64,000 nt of DNA from an uncultured delta proteobacterium. Its GTDB lineage: Bacteria; Desulfobacterota; Desulfobacteria; Desulfobacterales; B30-G6. The DNA is taken from positions 1,728,001-1,792,000 of the forward strand of contig CAWGLD010000001.1 of NCBI GenBank assembly GCA_963823335.1, written 5' to 3'. Both the position numbers and the translations under genes were made by a program. The notes beneath the pieces were generated by a model that was not told where the DNA came from, searched no databases, and saw nothing but the letters and a program-made list of their open reading frames with translations. This document shows positions 11,760-22,781 of this stretch, one piece after another; the stretch's first letter is position 1; each line of letters opens with the position of its first letter.

Positions 11760-11795
11760 CCTTCCTCCAATAAAAGAGCATGTTATTAAAGATGC

Positions 11796-11875
11796 ATGGA
11801 GAACATTACCCTTTTGCCAAGATTACAGATAGCATCAACTGGACTGTCAATTCAGATATATCTTACAAAGTGAAG
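11796..11875 (+). repeat. TGGAG-bounded spacer, type C (80 bp)
   Basis: ATGGAGAACATTACCCTTTTGC...CAGATATATCTTACAAAGTGAAG. Confidence 0.6.
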
Positions 11876-11917
11876 AGGTAAAGGAATGTTCGTCTTCTGA
11901 CAATTCTATGTTTATGT

Positions 11918-12760
11918 TCAAAATTTAGTAAGACTTGGATCATAAACAACTACTTGATCACGACCTCTTTCCTTTGCTTGATATAATGCCATATCAGCAT
12001 TTTCTATGAGCTTATTTATATCTCTATTTTCATCCTGTATACTTGAGACTCCTATACTTACAGTGATACCGCCTATTGGTTTGCCACCGGACTCATCACT
12101 GCCAATTATTAGTTTTTTTAAAACTTGATTGCGACAACGTTCTGCCATGAGGGCAGCTGCAGAAATCGGCGTGTTGGGAAGAACGATAACAATTTCTTCG
12201 CCGCCATATCGTGCCACAAAATCTGTTTCACGTGCCAGATCAACGATAATTTGAGCAAGTTTTTTTAATACGATGTCACCTATTTGATGACCGTAGGTAT
12301 CATTAACTTTTTTAAAATGGTCTACATCCAACATAAGTAGAGATAGTGAAAGGTTGTATCTCTTGGACCTGTTGATTTCTTCATTCAAGCGACGTTCAAG
12401 GTAACGACGATTAAAAATGCCCATCAGTGGATCATTAATGTTTTCCTGTTCAAGTATATAGATTCGTTGAATATCATTAATTGTTGTTAAAGTTAGAAGA
12501 CAAACAATAACCACGAATATGCTACCGCCGAATAATATACCTGCCACAATTAGATTAGTAAACGTAAAATCGGAGTTCCAAATTTGAATCGCATAACTTA
12601 AATAGCCAATAATAAACAATAAGATTAAACCGAATAGAAAATTCCATTGTTTCCGCAATATTTCTTTCGGAAGTAGCCGAATTATTTTTATGCAAGGGAA
12701 TAGAGATATCGCAAGGATGATAATTCCACCAATTGTTGCTCCAAAAGTTAGAGAATTCAT
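11918..12760 (-). CDS. Membrane-anchored diguanylate cyclase
   Basis: 3 TM segments; DPLMGIFNRR, DVDHFKKVNDTYGHQIGD, RETD-x5-GGEEI. Confidence 0.92.
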   Translation of the reverse strand: MNSLTFGATIGGIIILAISLFPCIKIIRLLPKEILRKQWNFLFGLILLFIIGYLSYAIQIWNSDFTFTNLIVAGILFGGSIFVVIVCLLTLTTINDIQRIYILEQENINDPLMGIFNRRYLERRLNEEINRSKRYNLSLSLLMLDVDHFKKVNDTYGHQIGDIVLKKLAQIIVDLARETDFVARYGGEEIVIVLPNTPISAAALMAERCRNQVLKKLIIGSDESGGKPIGGITVSIGVSSIQDENRDINKLIENADMALYQAKERGRDQVVVYDPSLTKF

Positions 12761-12952
12761 TTAATCTATAATTCCTATTCTGATTAATTGTTGTAATGAA
12801 TGGATTTGACTTTATCAATATTGATAAACGTTATCCACTACTCAACTGGATCAAATATGCAGATATCATTTTTCTTACGAAAACGCAAAATTCGATGGGT
12901 TATATGGGATTTTGAGACAAAATTTTGAGGTGGGTGAACCGTTAAAACAAAT

Positions 12953-13150
12953 ATGTTATCTGTGGGAGTCGATAAGGCTCATAGAGACCTGATTTTGGGT
13001 CACAGCTTACAAGGAATGGACGCTCATTACTTAAAGCAAACCGATGAAACTTTAAAAGAGGCAATTGAAAAATACACAGTTTGGTTAGATAATCAAATGA
13101 AAATGGTTTTGGAAAATGTTGACCAAGGTGTTGACCAAGCCATTATTTAA
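12953..13150 (+). pseudogene. C-terminal remnant of a tyrosine recombinase/integrase
   Basis: GVDKAHRDLILGHS...MDAHY (LGH...Y catalytic segment); ends next to tRNA-Arg 3' duplicate. Confidence 0.7.
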
Positions 13151-13264
13151 AGTAATAATTTTTATTCAACTTTCTAAATATATTATATTTTCAACGTTTA
13201 AAAATCATAAAATACAAATAAATAAGGGTTTCAAAAAAAACTACTTGTAACTCCTTGATATCAT

Positions 13265-13309
13265 TGGTACGCCCGGCAGGATTCGAACCTGCGGCCTACG
13301 GATTCGAAG
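13265..13309 (-). repeat. 45-bp exact duplicate of the tRNA-Arg 3' half (att site)
   Basis: TGGTACGCCCGGCAGGATTCGAACCTGCGGCCTACGGATTCGAAG identical to 17596-17640. Confidence 0.93.
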
Positions 13310-13616
13310 AGCAGGAATCTCGTAATAAAAAATGCATATAATTAAAAACACTTGATTCTATTGCGCTTTTTCAACTAACTTTTGGTTTCGTTTGGAAATG
13401 TTTGGAAATATTTGACCTTGACGGGCACTAGTTGGGCACAATCCCCTTTTAAAATATTTCATTTATAATACACCAATATCTTGCCGTCAGATGAATTTCC
13501 ATGCCACCTTCATCGAGCATCCGAAAAGTAAATGAAAATGAAAAATAATTTAATAATATCATAATTCTATACATTATAACGGTCACGATTATTTAATCTT
13601 TCTGAGCGCTGAGATA

Positions 13617-13645
13617 TTGACGTACCCATTGCTTTGGAATAAAAT
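13617..13645 (+). promoter_or_regulatory. Sigma70-type promoter
   Basis: TTGACG-N17-TAAAAT upstream of the YgiQ-family gene. Confidence 0.55.
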
Positions 13646-13675
13646 CCTTCTTTTTTGACGCCCATGGGCCATATT

Positions 13676-15415
13676 ATGGAGTACATCATTCAAACCCCGA
13701 TATTTATCCCCACCACTGCACAGGAGGTGCATTCCCTTGGATGGAAGCATCTGGATGTGATCTTGGTCACCGGGGATACCTATATAGACTCCTCTTACAT
13801 CGGAGTGGCCGTCATCGGCAGAGTTCTATTGAACGCAGGCTACCGGGTCGGCATTATCGCCCAGCCCGATATTCACAGCGACCGGGATATTGCCAGGCTG
13901 GGGGAACCTGCGCTTTTCTGGGGCGTTACCGCCGGTTGTATCGACTCCATGATTGCTAATTACACTGCTTCAGCCAAACGGCGCAAAAGCGATGATCTGA
14001 CCCCGGGCGGGTTGAATACAAAACGTCCGGACCGGGCGGTCATCATCTACAGCAACCTTATCCGGCGCTTTTTCAAGAAGACCCGACCCATCGTTCTGGG
14101 TGGCGTTGAAGCAAGCCTCAGGCGCATCTCCCATTATGATGCCAGGTCTGATTCGGTCAGACGATCCATCCTCTTTGACGCCAAGGCCGACATCTTGATC
14201 TACGGAATGGCGGAGCAGAGCATTCTAGAGCTTGCGCAAAAATTCAAATGTCAGGAAGACATCCGCTCGATCCGGGGCATATGTTACATCAGCCCGCAGT
14301 TTCCGGAAGCAGCGTCCGACTTTGAAGGTCCGGATATCGAACTTCCGGACCATGGCAATGTGTCGCGGGATAAAGAACTGTTCATCCAGATGTTTAAGGC
14401 TTTTTATGAGAACGCGGATCCGTTCACAGCCAAACGGCTCTGTCAGAGGCAGGACACCCGTTATCTGGTCCACAATCCGCCCCAGTTTCCACTTTCCAGC
14501 GATGCCCTCGACCGGATTTACGAGCTGCCCTATACCCGGGACGTGCATCCCTTTTACAAAAAACAAGGCCAGGTGAGGGCACTCGACACCATCCGGTTTT
14601 CCCTCACGACCCACCGAGGGTGTTACGGCGAATGCCGCTTCTGTGCCATCACGGTCCATCAGGGCCGGCATGTCGTGTCACGCAGCGAGGCTTCCCTGTT
14701 ACGTGAAGCGGCCACTTTCACGACACATTCCGATTTCAAAGGGATCATCGCAGATGTGGGGGGCGCCACCGCCAACATGTACGGCATCGAATGCGACCGC
14801 AAGCGGGTCCAGGGCGCATGCCGGGACAAGGGTTGTATCTTTCCAAAGCCTTGCAAACATCTGCCCGTCCATCACGCTCGCCAGATCCATTTGTTGAGAG
14901 CGCTTCGCGGCCTGCCGGGGATTCGCAAGGTCTTCATCGGATCCGGCATTCGCTACGACCTGATCCTTAGCGACCGCGACCACGGTGCGCTTTATCTGGA
15001 AGAAATATTGCAGCATCATGTCTCCGGTCACCTCAAAATCGCCCCAGAACACGTGCAGAATCATATCCTGGAGCTGATGGGCAAACCCGGCCGTGAGTGC
15101 CTGGAAGCGTTCATTCGCTTATTTGACGAAATTCGCCATAAGAGCCCCCACAAGCTGTTTTTGACCTATTATTTAATGGCTGCCCATCCCGGATGCATTC
15201 TTGAGGATATGCATAAACTGCGAACGTTTGCCATTCAAACGCTGCGGTTGCTTCCGAAGCAGATTCAGATATTTACGCCTTCACCCTCCACTTACGCTAC
15301 ACTGATGTATTACACGGAAACAAATCCGTTCTCGGGTCAAAAGATTTTTGTGGAAAAAAACACCGCAAATAAACAGAAGCAAAAACGCCTTTTACAAAAC
15401 CGCCGTAGCTTTTAG
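13676..15415 (+). CDS. YgiQ/UPF0313 family radical SAM protein
   Basis: DVILVTGDTYID, GGVEASLRRISHYD, HRGCYGECRFC, LKIAPEH. Confidence 0.92.
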   Translation: MEYIIQTPIFIPTTAQEVHSLGWKHLDVILVTGDTYIDSSYIGVAVIGRVLLNAGYRVGIIAQPDIHSDRDIARLGEPALFWGVTAGCIDSMIANYTASAKRRKSDDLTPGGLNTKRPDRAVIIYSNLIRRFFKKTRPIVLGGVEASLRRISHYDARSDSVRRSILFDAKADILIYGMAEQSILELAQKFKCQEDIRSIRGICYISPQFPEAASDFEGPDIELPDHGNVSRDKELFIQMFKAFYENADPFTAKRLCQRQDTRYLVHNPPQFPLSSDALDRIYELPYTRDVHPFYKKQGQVRALDTIRFSLTTHRGCYGECRFCAITVHQGRHVVSRSEASLLREAATFTTHSDFKGIIADVGGATANMYGIECDRKRVQGACRDKGCIFPKPCKHLPVHHARQIHLLRALRGLPGIRKVFIGSGIRYDLILSDRDHGALYLEEILQHHVSGHLKIAPEHVQNHILELMGKPGRECLEAFIRLFDEIRHKSPHKLFLTYYLMAAHPGCILEDMHKLRTFAIQTLRLLPKQIQIFTPSPSTYATLMYYTETNPFSGQKIFVEKNTANKQKQKRLLQNRRSF

Positions 15416-15446
15416 ACGTGCGATTCAAACGCCAACGACAATTGCC

Positions 15447-17432
15447 ATGAAAGTTGCCCTGATCTATCCGCCCACATGCGATCCAACCGGCCCTTATCTT
15501 TCCGTTCCCATGCTTACGGCGTATTTGCGAAGGAATGGGATAGATGTGCTCCCCATCGATGCCAATATTGAGGTCTATGACCGGCTTTTGCGCCGTGCCG
15601 CTTTGAATGAAATGGCCGGAAGGGTTGCCAAACGCCTGGAGCGCCTGGAACGCCAAGCTTCGCTGGCTCATACCGATCAACTGCTCTATGCGCGTCTGTG
15701 GGAAGTGCTGCCGGATCTGGCACGGGTCCCGGAAGCGGTTGAAGATGCCGTTGCTGTGCTTCGAGACCGCTCTGGTGTTCGGTTTTTTGACCCATGCCAA
15801 TATGAGAAGGCGGTCCAGACCGTTAAGGGCGCCCTGCGAATCATCAGTGCCGCCTACAGCCCATTGGTGCTGGATTTCAGCGTTTACCGGACGCCCTTTT
15901 CCCTGCTCACGCCGGAAACAATACAGGCGGATTCCCAACCTGGAAAAAATCCCTTTCACGGTTACTTTTCCGGCGAACTCGCCGATTTGCTATCATTTCA
16001 TTCCCCGGATGTGATCGGTATCTCGCTGGCCTTTCCAGGACAGGTTCAGCCCGGTTATGCTCTGGCATACACCCTGCGGCAGTCGCTGCCCGCAGCTCAT
16101 ATTACCGTAGGCGGACCAGCCATCTCTCAGATACTTGCCCGTCTCGCCCCAGAAAAGATTCCGCAGCTGCTCGGCCCCTTTCATTCGGCCGTGCTGTACG
16201 AAGGCGAAGAGACACTGCTTGCTCTCGTCCGAACCCTGGCCGGCGGCCAGACCCCGCCTCGGGTGCTTTATGGTGAACGGGGCATGGATCTTAGCCTGCT
16301 TCCGTCACCCGATTTTGAAGGACTGCCACTGGATAAATACCTTTCACCCGAACCGGTGCTGCCCTACGATCCGACCCGTGGATGCTACTGGGGCAAATGC
16401 GCCTTTTGTCATTATGGGCTGAGCCCCCGGGGCACGGCCGTATATCGGCAGCGTCCCATAAATCGGGTGGTCGCCCACCTCGCACAGTATAAAGAACGCT
16501 GGGGATGCCGAACCGTATATTTCTCCCAGGATGCCTTTGCCCCCCGAACTGCCAGAAAACTATCGCTGAAACTGCGATCGGCTGGAACATCGTTGCGGTG
16601 GGCCACCGACATGCGACCTGAACCCGACCTGACACCGAAATGCTGCCGGGATCTCAAAGACGGCGGAGCCCTGTCAATGGCACTGGGAATCGAAACCGCT
16701 GCCCCCCGTCTGCAGCGGATGATCGACAAAGGGGTTTCTCTCAAAGAAATGCAAACCGCCGTCAGGAACCTGGCGGCTGCTGACATCGCGGTGGAAGCCA
16801 TGTGTTTCACCGACTTTCCCACCGAAACCTATTCGGAAGCCAATGCCACCGTTGATTTTTTGGAGGAGATGCGGGGTCACATCTCGCTTTTTATGTGCGG
16901 GCGCTTCGGATTGTGCCACGGCTCCCGTGTCGCGCACTTTCCTGAAGACTATGGTATTCAAAAGATATGGCACCTGAAAGGCGATGAATTGAAGACGGCT
17001 CTTTTTTATGAAGAGCGCTTCCCATCGAAAAGCGATTTCGAGCGGAAAAAGCTTGATCAGACCATCAATAGGCTTTCAGCCGGTTGGTGGCTTCACGATT
17101 ACCCCTGGGCCGGCGCGCTGTCCACCGCACATACGCTGCTGTGGTATGCGCGATATGGATCAGACGTTTTCAGGCGCTTTGCCGATACCCCTCGCCGGAT
17201 AGCCAGGCCGCAAAAAAAATCTTTTCGTCCTAAGCGCTTTGATATCGACCAGATGGCGCGAGTCGCCGGTCGTCACGAGGCGGAGATCTGGCATACACTT
17301 GTTTTTGATCACAAAGCAGTGACTCCTGAGCTTTACGCCCGGTGCAGCAGCGATTATCCAGCGGAATTGCCGAAAAAGATAAAACCATCTCGCCGGCGTC
17401 TCCCCAATAAGAAGCAGAGGCGTTCCAAATGA
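15447..17432 (+). CDS. Cobalamin-binding-domain radical SAM protein
   Basis: MKVALIYPP start, DVIGIS/ITVGGP B12-type domain, TRGCYWGKCAFC. Confidence 0.88.
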   Translation: MKVALIYPPTCDPTGPYLSVPMLTAYLRRNGIDVLPIDANIEVYDRLLRRAALNEMAGRVAKRLERLERQASLAHTDQLLYARLWEVLPDLARVPEAVEDAVAVLRDRSGVRFFDPCQYEKAVQTVKGALRIISAAYSPLVLDFSVYRTPFSLLTPETIQADSQPGKNPFHGYFSGELADLLSFHSPDVIGISLAFPGQVQPGYALAYTLRQSLPAAHITVGGPAISQILARLAPEKIPQLLGPFHSAVLYEGEETLLALVRTLAGGQTPPRVLYGERGMDLSLLPSPDFEGLPLDKYLSPEPVLPYDPTRGCYWGKCAFCHYGLSPRGTAVYRQRPINRVVAHLAQYKERWGCRTVYFSQDAFAPRTARKLSLKLRSAGTSLRWATDMRPEPDLTPKCCRDLKDGGALSMALGIETAAPRLQRMIDKGVSLKEMQTAVRNLAAADIAVEAMCFTDFPTETYSEANATVDFLEEMRGHISLFMCGRFGLCHGSRVAHFPEDYGIQKIWHLKGDELKTALFYEERFPSKSDFERKKLDQTINRLSAGWWLHDYPWAGALSTAHTLLWYARYGSDVFRRFADTPRRIARPQKKSFRPKRFDIDQMARVAGRHEAEIWHTLVFDHKAVTPELYARCSSDYPAELPKKIKPSRRRLPNKKQRRSK

Positions 17433-17552
17433 CAGACGGGGATGGGATTACAAATTGTATCGATCAGATCATTACAATTTTTTGATATCCTTGATCTTGG
17501 CGAAAGATAACCTCCTGGGTTGGAAAAGCCGCTGAACTGCGCTCATCTGGAT

Positions 17553-17587
17553 AAAAAAAGGACTTGGTGGTTTCACCCAAGTCCTTG
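17553..17587 (-). terminator. Intrinsic terminator after tRNA-Arg
   Basis: AAGGACTTGG...CCAAGTCCTT stem, U-run on minus strand. Confidence 0.7.
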
Positions 17588-17595
17588 GTATTTCA

Positions 17596-17672
<77 letters not shown>

Positions 17673-17821
17673 TTGTCCCGGCAGATTCACCGATCATGGC
17701 TTCCTATAACAAATCGAACGGTTGTGCAAGAAGAAACGGGCACGGAAACCAAGCGCTGGAATACGGTTGAAACCAAACAAAGACCTGAGCTTCCAATTGC
17801 GAGGAGACCCATGCCGGTGAT

Positions 17822-18226
17822 TTAGTTCGAAGCGTCAATCAAAGGGCGTACATCGGTAATCTTGAATCGGATGGCCGCAACGATGGCATTGGCAGATGCG
17901 TCTCCCGCAGCATCGCGGATTTTTTTTCTGAAAGAATCCAGCAACTCACCATATCGTTCGTGCGCCTCCACCTCCAGATACAAGCGGATTCCGTTCCACT
18001 CCCGGGGGGATTCACCGGGCTCGATAACGATGAAACTGGCCTTGGGGTTTTCCTGCAGGTTTCGAAAGGACCGGTTGTCGCCGATGGCCATGATGACCGT
18101 GTTCTCGTCGATCATGCGGGGTGATCCAAAAACGGCTGCGTTCACATTGCCGTTCTTGTCCGCCGTCGCCAATGCGCCGATGCGTGTTTGTCGATTGAAC
18201 ATCTTCATAACCTGTTTTCTGTCCAT
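17822..18226 (-). CDS. Pyridoxamine 5'-phosphate oxidase-like FMN-binding protein
   Basis: LATADKNGNVN, RSFRNLQENPKA; RBS AGGAGG before MDRKQ. Confidence 0.85.
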   Translation of the reverse strand: MDRKQVMKMFNRQTRIGALATADKNGNVNAAVFGSPRMIDENTVIMAIGDNRSFRNLQENPKASFIVIEPGESPREWNGIRLYLEVEAHERYGELLDSFRKKIRDAAGDASANAIVAAIRFKITDVRPLIDASN

Positions 18227-18387
18227 GTCGCCTCCTTTCTCGATTGTGTTGGGGCGCCCTTTGGTTACGTTCCAGCGCCCGCCTGCTAAAGGTGTTGTCC
18301 AGGCATTTTCACATACGGCCCTTTTCACCATGTCTCAACATAATGGGCATTGCCGAACTGTCAAGACAATGGGAAATAAGGCATGCA

Positions 18388-18424
18388 AAAAAAGAGGCCG
18401 TGGTCAAATGACCACGGCCTCTTT
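18388..18424 (-). terminator. Intrinsic terminator after tRNA-His
   Basis: AAAGAGGCCGTGGTC-AAAT-GACCACGGCCTCTTT. Confidence 0.8.
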
Positions 18425-18434
18425 GATTTCAGAA

Positions 18435-18511
18435 TGGGGTGAGTGATGGGACTTGAACCCACGACAACCGAGGCCACAACCCGGCGCTCTACCAACTGAG
18501 CTACACCCACC
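18435..18511 (-). tRNA. tRNA-His(GTG)
   Basis: G-1 plus GTGGGTGTAGCTCAGTTGGTAGAGC, anticodon GTG, GGTTCAAGTCC, CCA end. Confidence 0.95.
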
Positions 18512-18672
18512 ATATCTTAGGCGAAGGTTTTACCCCTCGCCAGTGGAAGAAAAATAAAATATCAGACAGATGTCAGCTTTTCAAGCAGAAAAAGCAGGTC
18601 GTCTAATTTTGCTGGAATAAACATGTCATGATATTATCTGGCTATTGACCATAAATGCCTACTACTATACAA

Positions 18673-18715
18673 ATAAAATCGTGGAGACGATTTTATCAGA
18701 CGCGACATTGTCGCT
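18673..18715 (+). repeat. 43-bp double-hairpin repeat
   Basis: ATAAAATCGT-GGAG-ACGATTTTAT-CAGAC-GCGAC-ATT-GTCGCT; 5 full copies in window. Confidence 0.8.
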
Positions 18716-18824
18716 ATATCTCGAATCCCAGAACTGTGGAAGGTCCGACTAAACTGAGCGTTGTGCACCCTTTGTGAGATTTTGCCGCGCAGATAGCTGT
18801 AAACAAACGTTAATAAATTTTGCT

Positions 18825-19001
18825 ATGAATCGATTCTTTATTTTCATCATGCGCGCTGTTCTGGCGGCTTTCTTTGCTGTCGTCATCACCCGTTTTTTTT
18901 ACGGTAGCGTGGCACCGCTCTATGTTGCCGGTCTTGCGATATTCCTGATGGGAATGTCCTATGTCACTGAATATTACAGGCGGAAGAAACAAAAAAAATA
19001 G
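18825..19001 (+). CDS. Small two-TM membrane protein
   Basis: Two hydrophobic helices and a basic tail. Confidence 0.65.
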   Translation: MNRFFIFIMRAVLAAFFAVVITRFFYGSVAPLYVAGLAIFLMGMSYVTEYYRRKKQKK

Positions 19002-19095
19002 AAAAAAGGAGAATCGGTTAGGCATGGCATATTATGATTAAATTACAGGTAGTTAGGCAACTTAAAGCCTAAAACTTAAAACGGGTTTTGTAATT

Positions 19096-21009
19096 ATGAA
19101 ACAGATTATTCTCGGGACGGCCGGGCACATCGATCACGGCAAAACCAGTCTTATCAAGGCGGTTACCGGCACCAATACGGATCGGCTCAAAGAAGAGCAG
19201 TTGCGGGGTATTACCATCGAGCTCGGTTTTGCATCCCTGGATCTGCCCAGCGGCAGACACCTGGGGATCGTGGATGTCCCCGGTCATGAAAAATTCGTCA
19301 AAAACATGGTGGCCGGGGCCACGGGAATCGATATGGTAGCCATGGTGATCGCAGCCGACGAGGGTGTCATGCCACAGACCCGGGAGCATATGGAGATATG
19401 TTCGCTCCTGGGGGTCGAGCATGGTCTCGTGGCGCTTACCAAAATCGATATGATCGACGAAGAATGGCTGGAACTTGTGGAAGAGGATATTCGCGAGTTT
19501 GTAGCGGGAACTTTTCTGGAAGACAAGGCCATCGTTCCGGTGTCCTCAGCCAGCGGGGAAGGTATCGATGCCTTTGTTTCAGCTCTGGATGATCTGAGCG
19601 GCCGGATTCCGGAACGCTCATCGTCCAACCTGTTCCGTCTACCGGTGGACCGGGTTTTTACCATGAAAGGATTCGGTACGGTTATCACCGGTTCTCTCAT
19701 GTCCGGCAGGGTCAAGATCGGTGACAATGTCATGATCTACCCCTCTGGAATTCCTTCCAAGGTCAGGGGTATTCAGGTCCATGGAGAATCTGTGGACACA
19801 GCCCATTCAGGTATGCGGACAGCCATTAATTTTCAGGGTCTCGAAAAGGCGTCCATCGAGAGGGGGCAGGTTCTTTCCACGGCCAATGCCTTACTGCCCA
19901 GTTACATGGTGGATGTCTCCCTGCATTATCTTGAGAGCAATAAGAAAAAGATCAAGAACCGCAGCCGCGTCAGGTTTCACACGGGCACCAGCGAGATCAT
20001 GGGAAACCTGATTCTGCTGGAGCAGGAGGATCTTCGTCCTGGTGAAGACACGGTTGCCCAGATACGTCTGGATGTACCCGTGGCAGTCGTACGGGACGAT
20101 CGTTTTGTCCTGCGAAGCTATTCGCCTGTCAGAACCATCGGCGGGGGTCAGGTGCTCAATCCGGTCCCGGAGAAGCATAAACGCTTCCGGCTGGAGGTCA
20201 TCGAGGGACTGAAAGGTCTCATAACCCATGACCCGGAAGAAATCATCGCCTACCATGTGCTGGTCGCGGGGGTCAGGGGCGTCTCTTTTTCAGCACTCAT
20301 GATCATGACCAATCTGTCTGAAAAGCCACTGGATAAATACCTTCAGGCCATGCTTTCAAGAAAGGATGTCCTCCAGATCGATAAGGAGCAACGGCTGTTT
20401 GTCCATAAGGCTGGTTTTGAGGGGCTCCAGAAAGACATGGCCACGCATCTGCGGGTATATCACGATAAAAACCCCTTGAAAACGGGTATGCCCAAAGAGG
20501 AACTGAAGTCGAAACTTCCGGCCACCGTTGGAACCAGGGTTTTCACCATGGCCCTGAATCAGATGACAGTGGATACGACGATCGTCCAGGAGGGGGATTC
20601 CGTCAAGCTGACAGCCCACAAGGTCTCGTTGGGGGAAGATCAGGCCGGCATGAAGAAAAAAATAGCGGGTCTCTACCTGGAAAACGGCCTGCAGCCGCCC
20701 TATTTCAAAGAAGTGGTGAACACCCTTGACTATGATTCCTCCTACGCAAAGGATGTCCTGATGGTTCTGGTGGCGGAAGGCATTCTTATCAAAGCCAAGG
20801 AAGATCTCTATTTTCATACCGAGCCCATGCGTGGATTGAAAGAGAAATTGATCGCCTTCCTTCAGACACATGGTGAAATCACCACACCCCAGTTCAAGGA
20901 AATGACCCAGGCCTCACGGAAGTACGTCATCCCGTTGCTGGAATATTTTGATGCCAAGCATGTGACGCTTCGGGTGGGGGACAGCCGAAAATTGAGACAA
21001 CAGCATTAA
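19096..21009 (+). CDS. selB: Selenocysteine-specific elongation factor
   Basis: [23 protein letters not shown], winged-helix C-terminus [13 protein letters not shown]. Confidence 0.97.
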   Translation: MKQIILGTAGHIDHGKTSLIKAVTGTNTDRLKEEQLRGITIELGFASLDLPSGRHLGIVDVPGHEKFVKNMVAGATGIDMVAMVIAADEGVMPQTREHMEICSLLGVEHGLVALTKIDMIDEEWLELVEEDIREFVAGTFLEDKAIVPVSSASGEGIDAFVSALDDLSGRIPERSSSNLFRLPVDRVFTMKGFGTVITGSLMSGRVKIGDNVMIYPSGIPSKVRGIQVHGESVDTAHSGMRTAINFQGLEKASIERGQVLSTANALLPSYMVDVSLHYLESNKKKIKNRSRVRFHTGTSEIMGNLILLEQEDLRPGEDTVAQIRLDVPVAVVRDDRFVLRSYSPVRTIGGGQVLNPVPEKHKRFRLEVIEGLKGLITHDPEEIIAYHVLVAGVRGVSFSALMIMTNLSEKPLDKYLQAMLSRKDVLQIDKEQRLFVHKAGFEGLQKDMATHLRVYHDKNPLKTGMPKEELKSKLPATVGTRVFTMALNQMTVDTTIVQEGDSVKLTAHKVSLGEDQAGMKKKIAGLYLENGLQPPYFKEVVNTLDYDSSYAKDVLMVLVAEGILIKAKEDLYFHTEPMRGLKEKLIAFLQTHGEITTPQFKEMTQASRKYVIPLLEYFDAKHVTLRVGDSRKLRQQH

Positions 21010-21028
21010 AATCGTGCAGCGACTTTTT

Positions 21029-22219
21029 TTATCGAATCAGGCGGGACACAATGCTCTCGTGAAACAGCATTCCCTCGGGTGTCAGAGCGCAGCGGTCATT
21101 TTCAAGAATTACCAGCTTTTCTTCCCCGAGTTCCTTCAGGGTATCGCCGTACTGCTGATTGAAATCCATCTGAAATGATTTTTTGAAATGGGCCGTGTCG
21201 ATACCGTCGGACGTACGCAAGCCCAGGTATATGGCTTCGGTTATCTGCTGTTCAGCCGTGGTTTTTTCCCTTTCTTTTATGGGTAAGCGCCCCTGGGCGA
21301 GCGCTGCTGTATATAGCCCTATATGGCGTACATTCCAGTACCTGAAAGGCGGTGCATAGGAATGGGCCGAAGGACCCAGACCCGTATAAGGTGCAAAGGA
21401 CCAGTATTTCCGGTTATGCCGGGAGCGCCAGGTCCTATCCCTTGCGCTTATTCTTGCATAATTTGAAATTTCATATTGCTCATAGCCAGCATCGCTTAAG
21501 ACTTGTTGGGTGATCCGGAAAAGATCGGCAATACCCTGTTCGGGTGGAAGATTGAAAGCATTGCTTTTCCTCATTTGATCCAGGGGTGTTCCTTCCTCAA
21601 ATGTGAGTATGTAACAGGAAAGATGTTCGGGCGAAAAGACCAGGGCTTTTTTCAGGTCATCCTGCCACGCGGAGACGTCCTGGCCGGGGACACCGAAGAT
21701 CAAATCAAGGCCCATATTGTCAAAGCCGGCTTTTCGGGCATACGCAATGGCCTGGGTGGCATCTTCCGGTGAATGGATGCGTCCCAGGAAAGCCAAGGTG
21801 TCACGTGAAAACGACTGTACCCCGATATTTATGCGGTTGATTCCGATTTGTCTCAGAAAAGTCAGATGATTCTGGGTAACGGTTCCCGGATTCACCTCTA
21901 TGGTGATTTCAGTTTCGGGTATGAGGTTGAACAGGCTGTGGGCTTGTTGCATGAGTGTCTCGATCTGCCGGGGCGTAAGGACGGAGGGGGTCCCGCCACC
22001 GAAATACAGGGTGTCACTGAGGGTATCATGGGCGTCGACCAGAGCCATCTCCTGTAGGAGAGACTCGACAAAGGGTTGTCGCAGTGTCAGGTCGGTCAGG
22101 GAGTAGAAGTCACAGTATGCGCATTTTCTCAGGCAAAAGGGGATGTGGATATATATACCGTGCTTTGGGTTGCAAGAAGTTTCAAAAAGGTTGGGCTTGC
22201 CGACATCCGAAAAATTCAT
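21029..22219 (-). CDS. hemW: Radical SAM heme chaperone HemW
   Basis: YIHIPFCLRKCAYCDF, GGGTPS, YEISNYA, HNRKYW. Confidence 0.9.
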   Translation of the reverse strand: MNFSDVGKPNLFETSCNPKHGIYIHIPFCLRKCAYCDFYSLTDLTLRQPFVESLLQEMALVDAHDTLSDTLYFGGGTPSVLTPRQIETLMQQAHSLFNLIPETEITIEVNPGTVTQNHLTFLRQIGINRINIGVQSFSRDTLAFLGRIHSPEDATQAIAYARKAGFDNMGLDLIFGVPGQDVSAWQDDLKKALVFSPEHLSCYILTFEEGTPLDQMRKSNAFNLPPEQGIADLFRITQQVLSDAGYEQYEISNYARISARDRTWRSRHNRKYWSFAPYTGLGPSAHSYAPPFRYWNVRHIGLYTAALAQGRLPIKEREKTTAEQQITEAIYLGLRTSDGIDTAHFKKSFQMDFNQQYGDTLKELGEEKLVILENDRCALTPEGMLFHESIVSRLIR

Positions 22220-22230
22220 GACTGTACGGA

Positions 22231-22779
22231 CTATTTGGTTTTGTATGTCTTGCCGAGTTTCATACCGATGTCCAGTGCTTTTTGGTTCAGTTCCAGAAAA
22301 CCTTTCGGTATGCGGGTTTCAATCACTTTCATAACCGATTCGGGCTGGACCAGGTCTGTCAGAGCCAGCAGGGCGCCCAGCATGCAGATGTTGAACACGA
22401 TGGGTTTGCCGATTTTCTCCATGACAGTGACATAGATGGGTATTTCCAGTTGCTTGGCATCGGCCTTTCGTTGGATTTTGACGTATCGGGAGTCGGTCAT
22501 CAGCAGACCTCCCGGCCGGATGATGGTATAAAACTTGTTGTAGGCTTCCTGGGTCAGGCAGACCAGCACATTGGGCTGGATAACCTTGGGATAATTGATG
22601 GTAGTGTCCGAAATGATGACATCGCTGCGGGTTGCCCCTCCTCGTGCCTCGGGGCCATAGGCCTGGGATTGTACAGCTGTCAGGTTGTCATAAAGGACTG
22701 CTGCCTCGGCCAGAATAATGGCTGCCGTGATGACGCCCTGTCCCCCCGAACCTGAAAAAACCATCCTGCATCGTTCCAT
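22231..22779 (-). CDS. korC: 2-oxoacid:ferredoxin oxidoreductase gamma subunit
   Basis: SGSGGQGVI, YGPEARGG. Confidence 0.9.
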   Translation of the reverse strand: MERCRMVFSGSGGQGVITAAIILAEAAVLYDNLTAVQSQAYGPEARGGATRSDVIISDTTINYPKVIQPNVLVCLTQEAYNKFYTIIRPGGLLMTDSRYVKIQRKADAKQLEIPIYVTVMEKIGKPIVFNICMLGALLALTDLVQPESVMKVIETRIPKGFLELNQKALDIGMKLGKTYKTK

Positions 22780-22781
22780 AG

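Noticed and set aside
13265-13309. Second tRNA-Arg gene
   Set aside because: Only the 3' 45 nt are present; treated as an att site.
15447-17432. RiPP cluster around the B12 radical SAM gene
   Set aside because: No precursor peptide, protease or transporter seen nearby.
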